Of a DNA stretch of 64,000 bases, positions 1-9,988 are shown in pieces. A model generated the notes under the pieces. It did no database searches and had not been told where the DNA came from. It worked only from the letters and a program-made list of their open reading frames with translations. Made by a program: the position numbers and the translations under genes. This DNA comes from Candidatus Helarchaeota archaeon. GTDB taxonomy: Archaea > Asgardarchaeota > Lokiarchaeia > Helarchaeales > RDOG01. Each line of letters begins with the position of its first letter. Positions within the stretch are counted from its first letter, which is position 1. The stretch is taken from NCBI GenBank assembly GCA_019058315.1, contig JAHPZH010000001.1, forward strand, positions 1,041,432-1,105,431, read 5' to 3'.

Positions 1-1117
1 GGGAAGATACAGGAACTAAATCAATTAAATAATTTGAAGATTCGTCATAAAGTAGTTCTGAAATCAGATTTGCTGCCTTAAGCGAAATTTCATCCAAAGG
101 ATCATAGAGAAGCTTAATTTTAGGTGTTTCAGAAATATCCACATATGCCTCGCCATAATTAGATAAGAATCCTTTATTATCAGCAGCATCAACACCACAA
201 ACGAGATAGTAATAAGATCCATCAGAACTAACAGTATCAATATATGAATTCCCAACTATTTCAGATGCAATTAGAGAGTATTTTGAAGGAGAAAAGCTGG
301 CATAGGTTCCACGATAGATTTCATAAGACACTAAGTCGCTATCGGATGGAGTTGTCCAACTCAAAATAACCTTCCCTTCACCCGCTAATGGTGCATCAAC
401 AGAAAGTTCAGGAGCTTCGGGACCAACTAAGTCACAAATACCTGTCACAACTTTGGAAGGATTACTTTTTCTTCCAAGAGCATCAATTGCTACAACTTGA
501 AAAGTAAATTCTTTCATATGATCATAATATTGAACTTCATAAGAAGTTTCAGTGGTTGAACCTATTTTATAAGTATAATAGGTTAAAGGAGAAGTAGAGA
601 GAATATTATATTTTAAAATTTCATAAGAAACAGCTTTTTTAGGAGCCTCCCACTCCAGTAAAATTTTTCCATGATACCCCGATATCGCGTTTACGATTGG
701 GGCTTTTGGTGGTTCTACATTAACCGAAACCCGGATAGGTAGAGATGCTTGACCAATTTTTCCCCATGTATTTATAGCAGCGATTTTATAATAATATTCG
801 CCGTCTTTATATACTTGATCTGTAAAGTTCATATCTTCTATGTTACTGGCTATCAAATTCCCTGCAGAGGGGATAAAATCACTATCTTTATTTCGATAGA
901 TATTAAATGTAACGTCCGATTGTGGATAATTCCAAGAAAGGAATATGGTACCATTGATAGATTGTCCTTTCCCACTTAGATCAACGTCAAGTTGGGAAGG
1001 AATTGCAGGTATCGGCATAATATTTGTAGACGCCGATGTAAAAATAGTCATCATATATATAACAACAAACAATAATACCAAATTTCGAAATATTTTACCT
1101 TTCTTCAGACGTGACAT
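1..1117 (-). CDS. Secreted/surface protein with fibronectin type III repeats (partial, runs off left edge; absent from ORF track)
   Basis: Hand translation from ATG at 1117: MSRLKKGKIFRNLVLLFVVIYMMTIFTSAST (signal-like), then three FN3-type units (IFLSWNYP..FNIYR..YYYKIAAIN; ILLEWEAP..FQVVAID; VILSWTTP..YEIYRG..YYYLVCGVD). Open to the window edge; GAGGGA upstream. Confidence 0.85.
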   Translation of the reverse strand, partial: MSRLKKGKIFRNLVLLFVVIYMMTIFTSASTNIMPIPAIPSQLDVDLSGKGQSINGTIFLSWNYPQSDVTFNIYRNKDSDFIPSAGNLIASNIEDMNFTDQVYKDGEYYYKIAAINTWGKIGQASLPIRVSVNVEPPKAPIVNAISGYHGKILLEWEAPKKAVSYEILKYNILSTSPLTYYTYKIGSTTETSYEVQYYDHMKEFTFQVVAIDALGRKSNPSKVVTGICDLVGPEAPELSVDAPLAGEGKVILSWTTPSDSDLVSYEIYRGTYASFSPSKYSLIASEIVGNSYIDTVSSDGSYYYLVCGVDAADNKGFLSNYGEAYVDISETPKIKLLYDPLDEISLKAANLISELLYDESSNYLIDLVPVSS

Positions 1118-1768
1118 AATCAATCCCTCTTGGAGGTAATATGAGTGAGCAGGTCATCTAGTTTAAAGTTAGAAAAATTCAGATTGTGGTCTTTTATTTC
1201 ATAAACCAACTTAACATATCCGGATATTGTTAAATAATTGATTAAATCTAGCTAAATTCTCATAATTTAAACTAAAATGCCTGTTCTATTTTTCAATTTC
1301 AATAAATTCACTAAAGAATTAAACTAAATAAATTATGACTCTATATATAAACCTTATCGAAATTTATTAAATAGAAATAAGAATGGTAACATTCGAGATT
1401 AGAAGAATTTAACGAGTAATTTATTTTATCCAAAATTGGAATGGACGAAAATCTTATATTATCGCTCGATAATATAATCTATGGCCCAAACTTACTGAAA
1501 TAGGAGTAAATAATATATTTAATATTTTTTCAAAAATCATATATGCATTCTTGGGTTAAGATATATACTATATTTTCTGAAATCGAGATTTTATTACTGG
1601 AATCTTCTATTTTTATCCCTTTTTTTATTATTTTGAATTCTATGAATTTTATTGATCAATAAAAAAAATCACTATCGTAGAATTGTTGAACACAAAAAAA
1701 GTTTTTATTTGTATTTTAATTTAATCTAAAAAAATAGAAATTAGATTTTAAGGAAATTATTGAGCTAA

Positions 1769-2095
1769 TTAATAGCACAGGAATATAATAGCACCCACTA
1801 TAAAAACAATCCAAGGAATAAAAGTAGGTTGACTAATATTTAAGTTATGTAGAATCCAATAACCGCTTGCTATTGCTATGATGGCACCTATCACTAATGC
1901 AGCGGTTGTATCTTCGCTTTCATGCCCTATAGCACCTATAATCAATGCTAACACCGCAATACCAATTAATATCAATGCAAATAATCTATTGTTAAATCCA
2001 GATGAACGTATTCCTGCTGCTAGGTATGAAATCCCAATATTTATTCCCATAAATATCTTAGCTGCAGTTTTTGCTCCTGACATTTTAAAAGGCAT
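1769..2095 (-). CDS. Small multi-pass membrane protein
   Basis: 108 aa, about 4 hydrophobic segments, GGAG just upstream. Confidence 0.7.
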   Translation of the reverse strand: MPFKMSGAKTAAKIFMGINIGISYLAAGIRSSGFNNRLFALILIGIAVLALIIGAIGHESEDTTAALVIGAIIAIASGYWILHNLNISQPTFIPWIVFIVGAIIFLCY

Positions 2096-2319
2096 CTCCT
2101 TTTTTTTTTTTAAAATTAAAATGTTATTAGTATAGATTTTTTAAACTTAAATAAAAACATATAAAATTTTTATTATCAAGGAATTAATTCCTTATTTTCT
2201 AAAATATTGTCAGAAACTTAATTAATTATAGCGATTGATGATAAATTAACAAAAAAACCTATACTAGAGAATTAAATATAATTTAAAAATAATTAATAAA
2301 AGTTATGATGTGATATCTA

Positions 2320-3555
2320 ATGGTCCAAGTTTTTAAGGTCCCATGGGCAGCTTGGAGAGACCCAGAATTCTTAGAACTAACTTTTCCAGATTCTTGGGAT
2401 GTAAATTTATGCAATATGAATGGTGGAAGAGAATTAACTGATGATGAAATTAAAAACGCCTTATTAAGTCCAATAAATTCCCCAAAATTATCCCAATTAG
2501 CAAAAGGAAAAGAAAACGCAGTGATTGTTGTAGATGATATGACCAGGGTTACTCCAGTTTCAAGAATTATTCCCCATGTTCTTAAAGAGTTGGAATATGC
2601 GGAACTAACGAGGGATAAAATTACAATCTTATTAGCTTTGGGTGCTCATAGACCAATGAATCGGCATGATTGTATTCTAAAATTAGGAAGAGATATAGTA
2701 GATACAATCAATATTGAAAATCACCATCCTTATGAAAATTTAACAAATTTTGGTGAATCAAAAATAGGTACACCTATAGATGTTAATACAACTTATTGTA
2801 AAGCTGATTTAAAAATCTCTTTAGGGGGTGTTATACCACATCCATTAGCAGGTTTTGGTGGTGGAGCTAAAATTGTTTTACCAGGAGTATGTGGGATTCG
2901 AACTCTTGAAGCAAATCATTCTGCTGGAATGAGGGGTGTGAGTGTTGGAATTGGTAGGATGACTGGAATAAGGAAGGATATTGAAGATATTGCAGAGAAA
3001 GTTGGTTTAGATTTTTCTATTAATGTAATAATGAATGAACATGGGGGAATTGTAGGATTGACATCTGGTCATTTTAGAGATGCCCATCAAAAAGCAATGG
3101 AAATGGCTACACAAGTATATAGCACAAAAATTACTCTAAATAATCAAGTCTGCTTTTTTAATTTATATCCAGAAGATTCAGAATTAAGTCAATCTATAAA
3201 AGGATTTAATTTTTTAATGACTACATCAGGAAAAATTTTAGGTAGAAGAGATACAATTGTATTAATGTCTTCCTCATATGAAGGTCGTGGATACCACAGT
3301 CTTATAGCTGAAACTGGAGCAAAATTATATTCTAATTTGGGAGATAGCATTATTTGGAAGGCTTTTATAAATAAAAGAAGAGTTTATTTTTTCTCACCTA
3401 ATATAAGTGAGGCGGATTTATATCATTTCTATCCAAAATCTGTAAAATTATTTAATAATTGGGATGAATTAATACAAGACCTAACTTCCATTTATGGAGA
3501 ATCCCCTAAAGCATCAATATTTCCTTGCAGTATTCAATTAGCCTTACGAGAATAA
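2320..3555 (+). CDS. larA: LarA-family (nickel-pincer lactate racemase-like) protein
   Basis: Motifs DDMTRVTP, ALGAHR, PHPLAGFGGGAKIVLPG, NH; substrate not assignable. Confidence 0.8.
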   Translation: MVQVFKVPWAAWRDPEFLELTFPDSWDVNLCNMNGGRELTDDEIKNALLSPINSPKLSQLAKGKENAVIVVDDMTRVTPVSRIIPHVLKELEYAELTRDKITILLALGAHRPMNRHDCILKLGRDIVDTINIENHHPYENLTNFGESKIGTPIDVNTTYCKADLKISLGGVIPHPLAGFGGGAKIVLPGVCGIRTLEANHSAGMRGVSVGIGRMTGIRKDIEDIAEKVGLDFSINVIMNEHGGIVGLTSGHFRDAHQKAMEMATQVYSTKITLNNQVCFFNLYPEDSELSQSIKGFNFLMTTSGKILGRRDTIVLMSSSYEGRGYHSLIAETGAKLYSNLGDSIIWKAFINKRRVYFFSPNISEADLYHFYPKSVKLFNNWDELIQDLTSIYGESPKASIFPCSIQLALRE

Positions 3556-3599
3556 AGAGAACTTGTTAATGAATACTCATATCATTGATTTATCAATTT

Positions 3600-3902
3600 C
3601 TAAATTGGCAAAGGAAGCGGTGAATCGAGTTCCATTTCAGTTAATTCTAGTCTCAGCTTTATACTTTCAAGCTTTTGATCTTTAATTGATAATTGTTCTT
3701 CAAGATATTCTATTCTAGATTTTAGTGCAGGAAAAATCGTTTCTTTAATCATTTCTAGAATTAAGGTTTTAGATTCTAATTCTTTAGTTATATCTTTTTT
3801 ATTTACTTTATCGCTAGTAATATCTTTTTTTTCATTTACAGAACGTTTATTTGAATCATTTGGAATTTCATCCTTTGTTTTTTCTTGTATTCTTTTTGAC
3901 AA
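3600..3902 (-). CDS. Hypothetical coiled-coil protein
   Basis: 100 aa, charged, C-terminal heptad pattern. Confidence 0.6.
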   Translation of the reverse strand: MSKRIQEKTKDEIPNDSNKRSVNEKKDITSDKVNKKDITKELESKTLILEMIKETIFPALKSRIEYLEEQLSIKDQKLESIKLRLELTEMELDSPLPLPI

Positions 3903-4180
3903 TTCCCACTAACCTATTTCGTAATCAAATAAATTATATAATCTAATAAATAAAATCCGATAAAATACATATATTAAATTTAGTGTGATAAAGAAGAGGT
4001 AAGATTAGATATTGGTTGTTTACAAAATTAATGGTCTGAATTATTTTACTTATTTAATTATTTTATTCTATATACTCTATTAAAATCTAAAAATATTTTT
4101 AAATAAAAATAAGGAATAATTATAAAATAAAATAAAATGACAAGTTTTTTAATTATAAAGGTTAGTAAATATAAAAAAAA

Positions 4181-5110
4181 TCAAGTTTTAATTTTCTTCT
4201 TTTTTTGTTCATCTAAAATTTTCTTTAATTCTTTCATTTGATCCTCAACACTACCTAACTTTTTAATTTCTTCTTCTATTGCCATATCATCAGTGCTTAC
4301 ACTACTTTTTGAAGTGGATAAAGGACTTGGTGTAAGTGGTTTAGGTGAACTCTTAACCGGAATAGAATATGGTTTTGATGGCTCTTTAACAGGAGATACA
4401 AAAGGTTTAATTGGCTGAGGAACACCTTTAGGTAAGGAAGCAAGCTTGTCAGAGGGAATAGATCCCTTAGATGGAAGAGTCGGGGCCTTCACTGGAGGAC
4501 CTTTAGTAGGTGCCTTCATTGGAGGACCTTTAGTTGGTAACCTCGTTGGAGGACCTTTAGTAGGTGCCTTCATTGGAGGACCTTTAGTTGGTGCCTTCAT
4601 TGGAGGACCTTTAGTTGGTAACCTCGTTGGAGGACCTTTAGTTGGAGGAACCGCAGGAGTAGGTGCTTTAGTTGGAGGAGGTGGGCCTTTAACTGGGAGT
4701 GAAATAGGTTTAGCAGGTGTAAATGGCTGTTTAGGAACAGGTACTGTTGTGTCACCCGTAGCTGGAACTGCTTGAGCAACCTCAATAGGTTGGCTAAATT
4801 CTCTTAAAATAAGTTGAGGAGCCAATAATAAGTCGCTTATAAACTCCTGAATTTGTTCAGGATTCGCCACAACTCCCGTAGTAGTGCTTGTTTGAGTGAT
4901 CCTAGCTTTTAAGAATTCAAGCTTCTCTGTAAATTCTGTTTTTATACTCTCATCATCGATTTTATCTGAAATTTCTATTATTTCTTTAAAATGTTGCATA
5001 AGAAGGAGATAATCTTCATTTTTTAAGGCGGTTTCGGATTCTTTCATAAGATCCATACGTCTTTTCTTTAAGACCTTTAATTCCTTTGGACTTATATATT
5101 TAAACGACAA
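4181..5110 (-). CDS. Proline-rich tandem-repeat protein with helical N-terminal domain and C-terminal coiled coil
   Basis: Six PTKGPPxxx repeats, GPPPP; TTG start with GGAG upstream. Confidence 0.8.
   Translation of the reverse strand: MSFKYISPKELKVLKKRRMDLMKESETALKNEDYLLLMQHFKEIIEISDKIDDESIKTEFTEKLEFLKARITQTSTTTGVVANPEQIQEFISDLLLAPQLILREFSQPIEVAQAVPATGDTTVPVPKQPFTPAKPISLPVKGPPPPTKAPTPAVPPTKGPPTRLPTKGPPMKAPTKGPPMKAPTKGPPTRLPTKGPPMKAPTKGPPVKAPTLPSKGSIPSDKLASLPKGVPQPIKPFVSPVKEPSKPYSIPVKSSPKPLTPSPLSTSKSSVSTDDMAIEEEIKKLGSVEDQMKELKKILDEQKKKKIKT
4484..4645. repeat. Intragenic 27-bp tandem repeat, 6 copies, with 81-bp higher-order structure
   Basis: tggaggacctttagt at 4493, 4520, 4547, 4574, 4601, 4628; units encode TRL, MKA, MKA, TRL, MKA, VKA after PTKGPP. 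Confidence 0.95.
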
Positions 5111-5411
5111 GATTTTACTCCCAGTAAGTCTAAATAAGAATAGTCATATAAAATCTCGCTTTAATCGGACATGTTATTTTTACTTATTTATCAAATATTA
5201 TGAATTACTATTATTTTATTATAATTTTTAGTTTAAATAACTTGTTTTATTTTATTTAATATTTATTATTTAAAGGATAGAAATAATGGAATTTATTACA
5301 AGTATTTTAAATATAAGATATAAAAAAAAATGATTTTTTGATAGTAAATGAATTTTTAATTTATACATTAAATTTAAATTAAAATTTAAAAGAAATTTCA
5401 AGCGAATATTA

Positions 5412-6227
5412 TTATTTCTTCATTTTTTTAGTAGTTTTTTTACTTTTTTTCTTATTAGTCTTTCGTTTAGACTTTTTAATTGTTTTAGGTTTTGATTTTG
5501 TTTTTTTAGGTTTGTCTATTTCTTTTATTTCCAATGGTTTTTCTTTCTCTATTATTTTTTTTGGTTTATCTTCTATCTTTTCATTTTTTTCAATTTCCAT
5601 TGATTTTTTGGGTTCTTCTTTTTCATCAGATACTATTTTATGAATTTTATCTGTTTTTGCATACACTTCGTCTTGAAAAAGTGGAATTGATCCAGACATT
5701 TTGAATGAAGTAACCATACCGTAATCATCAATATAAAACCGTGGCTTTCCTGCTATTTCCTCGACTTCTCGGGGTCTCGTTAGTCTTTCTACTGTTTCTT
5801 TTCTAGATTTCTGTTCTGCCTCAATAATTAATTGTGCTGCAAGATCTTTTATTGAACCAAAAGCCAGTTCCCCAATTTCATCTAGATTCATGTCTGGTTT
5901 GAATATAACTTCTTTTACTGGAATTTTACCAGCATTTTCCTTAATTAATTTTCTATATTTTTTTATATTCTTTTTACTTTTCTTGATCATTACTATAATT
6001 GCGCCATTTGCAGTTTTAAGACTATGTGAAACCAAAATCGGAGACATTGAATCTTCATGAGGTTGCCAATAGACGAGTGCTGCAACTCTAGAGATTTTAC
6101 TTTGATGAAATTCGACACCATCAACTCTACCATGTGTTTCTGCGATAACATTTAAAAATTTCGAATTAAGTTCATCATTTGGTCCTACTACCGCGATATT
6201 AAATGAATAAGTTCCCTCTATTTCCAA
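5412..6227 (-). CDS. Degenerate small-GTPase (Rab/Ras-like) fold protein with Lys-rich tail
   Basis: FNIAVVG..(no GKS/T)..DGVEF..LVYWQ..SLKTANGAIIVM follows the Rab pattern FKxVVxG..TIGVEF..LQIWD..YYRGANGAIIVY. Confidence 0.6.
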   Translation of the reverse strand: MEIEGTYSFNIAVVGPNDELNSKFLNVIAETHGRVDGVEFHQSKISRVAALVYWQPHEDSMSPILVSHSLKTANGAIIVMIKKSKKNIKKYRKLIKENAGKIPVKEVIFKPDMNLDEIGELAFGSIKDLAAQLIIEAEQKSRKETVERLTRPREVEEIAGKPRFYIDDYGMVTSFKMSGSIPLFQDEVYAKTDKIHKIVSDEKEEPKKSMEIEKNEKIEDKPKKIIEKEKPLEIKEIDKPKKTKSKPKTIKKSKRKTNKKKSKKTTKKMKK

Positions 6228-6302
6228 ATTTCAAATCTCCTTTTTTATTATATGATTAAAGAATTATAAAAAATTTTTTGATGTAATATTTTTTTATGAT
6301 AA

Positions 6303-6653
6303 TTAATCGATTGGAATATCAACTCCTTCTTCGTCAACTTCACTTTCAATAACTTTCTCTTCTGAAGTTGCCTCTAATTTAGTACATCCTTTTATATGGA
6401 GAATATTTAAATCATTTTTCTTTTCAATTATTGGCTTTTTTAGCAAAATGAAGGTAGAGATTAATCTACTTGTTTTTATTTTAAAAATCTCAAAAATTTT
6501 AGTATTTGATAAGTAATCAGTAATCATACCTAAAAAATTCAGACCAAGGACTTTTTTTACTTCATTTTCTATATCATTTCTGAGATTTAACATCCTTTTA
6601 TCCAAAAAATCTTTCATAGCTGTTCTATAACAATCACATTCTTTTACTTTCAA
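6303..6653 (-). CDS. Hypothetical protein
   Basis: 116-aa ORF with acidic C-terminus, fills the gap. Confidence 0.55.
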   Translation of the reverse strand: MKVKECDCYRTAMKDFLDKRMLNLRNDIENEVKKVLGLNFLGMITDYLSNTKIFEIFKIKTSRLISTFILLKKPIIEKKNDLNILHIKGCTKLEATSEEKVIESEVDEEGVDIPID

Positions 6654-6804
6654 TCTATTTCACATTTTTTAATTACTAATTTAATTTAAATCTGGTCTTT
6701 GCTTAAAAATAATATAGAAATTTAACATAAAAAAACTATATATTCTTTTAATATTATGTTTTGGAATATAATCTATAAGTCTAAATTAAAATGAGGACTT
6801 ACCT

Positions 6805-8424
6805 ATGTCAAAAAAAACAAAAAGAGCTCCCTATTATGGTCATATTTCTCAAAGTCCTATAAGTCCAAGGAGAAAAAAGAAAAAGTTGGGAATTCCTAAA
6901 TTTGATGTTGCCGATTTATATAGTGGTAGCGCACCAGTCATAATGGAAGAAGAGTCAGAAACTAAAACAATTACTGAAGTTTCGCCTGATGAAAAAGCTC
7001 GTAAAGCATATTATTGGATTGTAAATAATGCGCTTATATCTCCATATTATGATATCGAATTTAGCCAAGCACAACCAGAAATAATCAAATTTACTGGCGC
7101 AGGAACAGAGCTTACCATTCCGACAGAGCACTCATATTCATCTTTTGTGCTTTTACCCATATTAAATTTTATAGTTCGTAAACGGGCGTTATTTATTGGC
7201 GGTCCAGGACGTGGAAAAACAGCATCAGCCATTCTTATGGGGCTTTTAGCAGGATATGATATTACAGATCTTAAGAAAGCAATCCAACATGGGCAACCTC
7301 AAATGACAATTACTGATTTATTAGGCAATCCACTACCAAGAGATCTAATTCGTGCAAAAGAAATGGAAGAAGTTTCGATTGCTTGGAGAAAATGGATTGA
7401 TATGAATGTAAAAATTATTGATGAATATAATAGGATTCCAACTAGGACTCAATCAGCTTTACTTACCTTAATGGCTGATGGCTATGCCGAAATACTTGAT
7501 CAAATAGTTGAATGTGGGGAAAGTGCTTGGTTCTTAACAGCTAATGATGACATTGGAGGTGGGACATACCAGGTTATTGAAGCCTTAAAGGACCGAATCG
7601 ATATCGTAGTAAAAACACTTAATTTTAATTCAAGATTCTTAGATGATTTATTATTTAGAATTGAAAATAAAATAAAAATAGAGGATATCATACCTCCGGA
7701 TATAATATTTTCACAAACTGAACTAGATATAGCATACGATGAAATGCTAGAGGTGACAATTTCAAAACAAATACGAAGACGTCTAGAATTTTTTTGCGCT
7801 CAATTTGATTTTTGTGATCTTGCAAGTAAAATTTTTGATTACAAAAGTAAAGATAATATTCGTTTAGCAGGTAATTCGTTGTCACAAATTTGTAAACAAG
7901 ATTGTGGTAGAGATAAAATAATTAGTGTTTGTTCACAAACTGAAAACGGCTTATCCGTGAGAGTTAGACTTACAATATTGAATTTTGCAAAAGCATTAGC
8001 CTATTTTCGCGGAAATAACGAAGTAGAACTTGAAGATTTACGCCAAATTATTCCGTGGATATTACATGAAAAGTTGATACAAAACCAAACCTCACCTTTC
8101 TTTGATGTTCCTGAAAATCAAATCTATCGCATAGATAAAATTGCATGGATCAAAAATGCGTTTGATATGGCTATGAAAGAATATGAAAGACTAGATCTTG
8201 ATAATAAAGATCCATTAATGGAAATAGAGGAAGAGTTCAATCGTGGTATAGAAGATTTGACACCAATACAAGTTAAACAACGGTTAGTAAAAATTGAAAA
8301 ACTCATTAAAGATTATTCTAAATCCTCTAAATTATTGTCTTATGTCTATGAAGATGTTGTAAAATTGAAATATTTTTACATGCGCTATAGAAATTATTTA
8401 GAATGGTTGGAATGGCAGGATTAA
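6805..8424 (+). CDS. MoxR-type AAA+ ATPase
   Basis: Walker A GGPGRGKT, Walker B IIDEYNR, TQSALL, LTAN, ALKDR arginine finger. Confidence 0.9.
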   Translation: MSKKTKRAPYYGHISQSPISPRRKKKKLGIPKFDVADLYSGSAPVIMEEESETKTITEVSPDEKARKAYYWIVNNALISPYYDIEFSQAQPEIIKFTGAGTELTIPTEHSYSSFVLLPILNFIVRKRALFIGGPGRGKTASAILMGLLAGYDITDLKKAIQHGQPQMTITDLLGNPLPRDLIRAKEMEEVSIAWRKWIDMNVKIIDEYNRIPTRTQSALLTLMADGYAEILDQIVECGESAWFLTANDDIGGGTYQVIEALKDRIDIVVKTLNFNSRFLDDLLFRIENKIKIEDIIPPDIIFSQTELDIAYDEMLEVTISKQIRRRLEFFCAQFDFCDLASKIFDYKSKDNIRLAGNSLSQICKQDCGRDKIISVCSQTENGLSVRVRLTILNFAKALAYFRGNNEVELEDLRQIIPWILHEKLIQNQTSPFFDVPENQIYRIDKIAWIKNAFDMAMKEYERLDLDNKDPLMEIEEEFNRGIEDLTPIQVKQRLVKIEKLIKDYSKSSKLLSYVYEDVVKLKYFYMRYRNYLEWLEWQD

Positions 8425-9938
8425 CTGACGAAACTTTAATAAAATTATTAAAGGATAAAAGAGAACAAATTAATAAGAAAGTTGATAAAGCTCAACAAAT
8501 GCAACCTGCATTTGATACTAAGGCGGTAAAATATGCTATTTTAAACGTTATGGAGCCTTTAATTAAAGCCATAAAAAAAATTCAACCCGAAAAAATTGAA
8601 TCTGTTTTTACTAATGTTTTTGATCTTTTACTTTATGCCATTAGCAAATATTATTATGCTCTTCCTGAAAACCAATTTACAAATATTAGGCTAGAAATGT
8701 TATTTGAAAAGATTTTACCTATGTTTCCAGAAATAATTATAGAAAAACCTACTAATTTTATTGGTAAATTATTCAATGCTGGTGAGCATCTTCGAGAAAA
8801 GTCTTCTAATTTTTATAGGGTTCTTATCGACATTTCTGATTATATAAAGTCTGACAATTTTACTGACTATGGACAAGTAGCTGCATGGGCTGTGGGAGAA
8901 ACTCGTCTTCGAAAAAATGCCCTTTCTATTCTTGAGAAATCTCCCCCTGGTTTAATTTTAAAATTGACAAGTTTAAATAATATTCCTAAATCAAAAGAAA
9001 AAAATATTACAACCTATATTATCGAGGCTTTAAAAAACGATAAATGGCGTTCAATCGAAAAACCTTTTTCAAGTAAATTTATAAAATTAATTCAAAATAA
9101 TCAAGAAATCCAAAAAAAAGTTATCGATGAAGAAATATCACAACCTAATCTCTTAAAAGAACGTCCCTTAGTTGTACTTGATGATGTCGGTAATTTTATA
9201 GGTTTTAAAGGGAATTTTAGTTCTCCTCCAAATCTAATTTGGGGATCAAATGGAACGATTATAGCATACACTGAAATAGGGGAGATTGTTTTTATTAATA
9301 TTGAAGGGAATGGATATCGAGAAAAAAGTATACGTCCTAGGGATGTTCGAGTGATAGGTTACAATCCGAGTGTAGGTTTTATTGGAATTAACCGAAAAGG
9401 ACAATTTGTGAACCTATCAAACTTGAAAATTTATTCCGAAAAGATTACAGGTACCAAAAAGTTCTTTGATTATTGTTATTCAATTTCAACTTCGGATTAT
9501 ATTTATTTCATACTTAAAGATAAAGAAATTTATAGATTAGATTCAGAGAATGTTAAAAAATTTGTTTTCAAAGGCAAGACCGATAATTTAACAGTGTCTA
9601 CAGACGATAGATTTTTCTTTATTAATATTGAAAAGACCGAAACAAAAAGATATAATTATAATCTTTCAGAACTATCATCAACAAGAAAATCTAAAAAAAT
9701 AATGAAAATAAAATCTAATGGTCTTCTTAGAGTGAATCCTCCTTATGTATATATTCTAGATGAACCAAATAAACTTTTAATTTATGATTTAAAGAATAAT
9801 TCCTTGGTAAAATCACAAAATTTGCCTCTAAAAATAACTAATTGTTCTTCATTTTTGATAAACGAAAGAGAAATTTATATAACTACAAAATTTAGTCATC
9901 ATATAATTTGTATCGGGTCAAATCCTTATTTATCTTAA
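8403..9938 (+). CDS. Hypothetical protein, helical N-terminal half and beta-rich (propeller-like) C-terminal half
   Basis: Overlaps the MoxR stop (coupled); start may be ATG 8412. Confidence 0.7.
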   Translation: MVGMAGLTDETLIKLLKDKREQINKKVDKAQQMQPAFDTKAVKYAILNVMEPLIKAIKKIQPEKIESVFTNVFDLLLYAISKYYYALPENQFTNIRLEMLFEKILPMFPEIIIEKPTNFIGKLFNAGEHLREKSSNFYRVLIDISDYIKSDNFTDYGQVAAWAVGETRLRKNALSILEKSPPGLILKLTSLNNIPKSKEKNITTYIIEALKNDKWRSIEKPFSSKFIKLIQNNQEIQKKVIDEEISQPNLLKERPLVVLDDVGNFIGFKGNFSSPPNLIWGSNGTIIAYTEIGEIVFINIEGNGYREKSIRPRDVRVIGYNPSVGFIGINRKGQFVNLSNLKIYSEKITGTKKFFDYCYSISTSDYIYFILKDKEIYRLDSENVKKFVFKGKTDNLTVSTDDRFFFINIEKTETKRYNYNLSELSSTRKSKKIMKIKSNGLLRVNPPYVYILDEPNKLLIYDLKNNSLVKSQNLPLKITNCSSFLINEREIYITTKFSHHIICIGSNPYLS

Positions 9939-9988
9939 GAGAAATTAATATAAATTCAAAGTTTAAGGATTTTTGAAGGTTATCATCT

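Noticed and set aside
64-1139. Short ORFs 64-255, 749-979, 945-1139
   Set aside because: Overlap the FN3 gene in other frames or on the other strand
4484-4645. Possible CRISPR array
   Set aside because: 27-bp period, in frame inside a CDS, intervening bits are recurring rather than unique, no cas genes
4446-4775. Gly-rich GGPLVG repeat ORF on the + strand
   Set aside because: Antisense shadow of the Pro-rich repeats in 4181-5110
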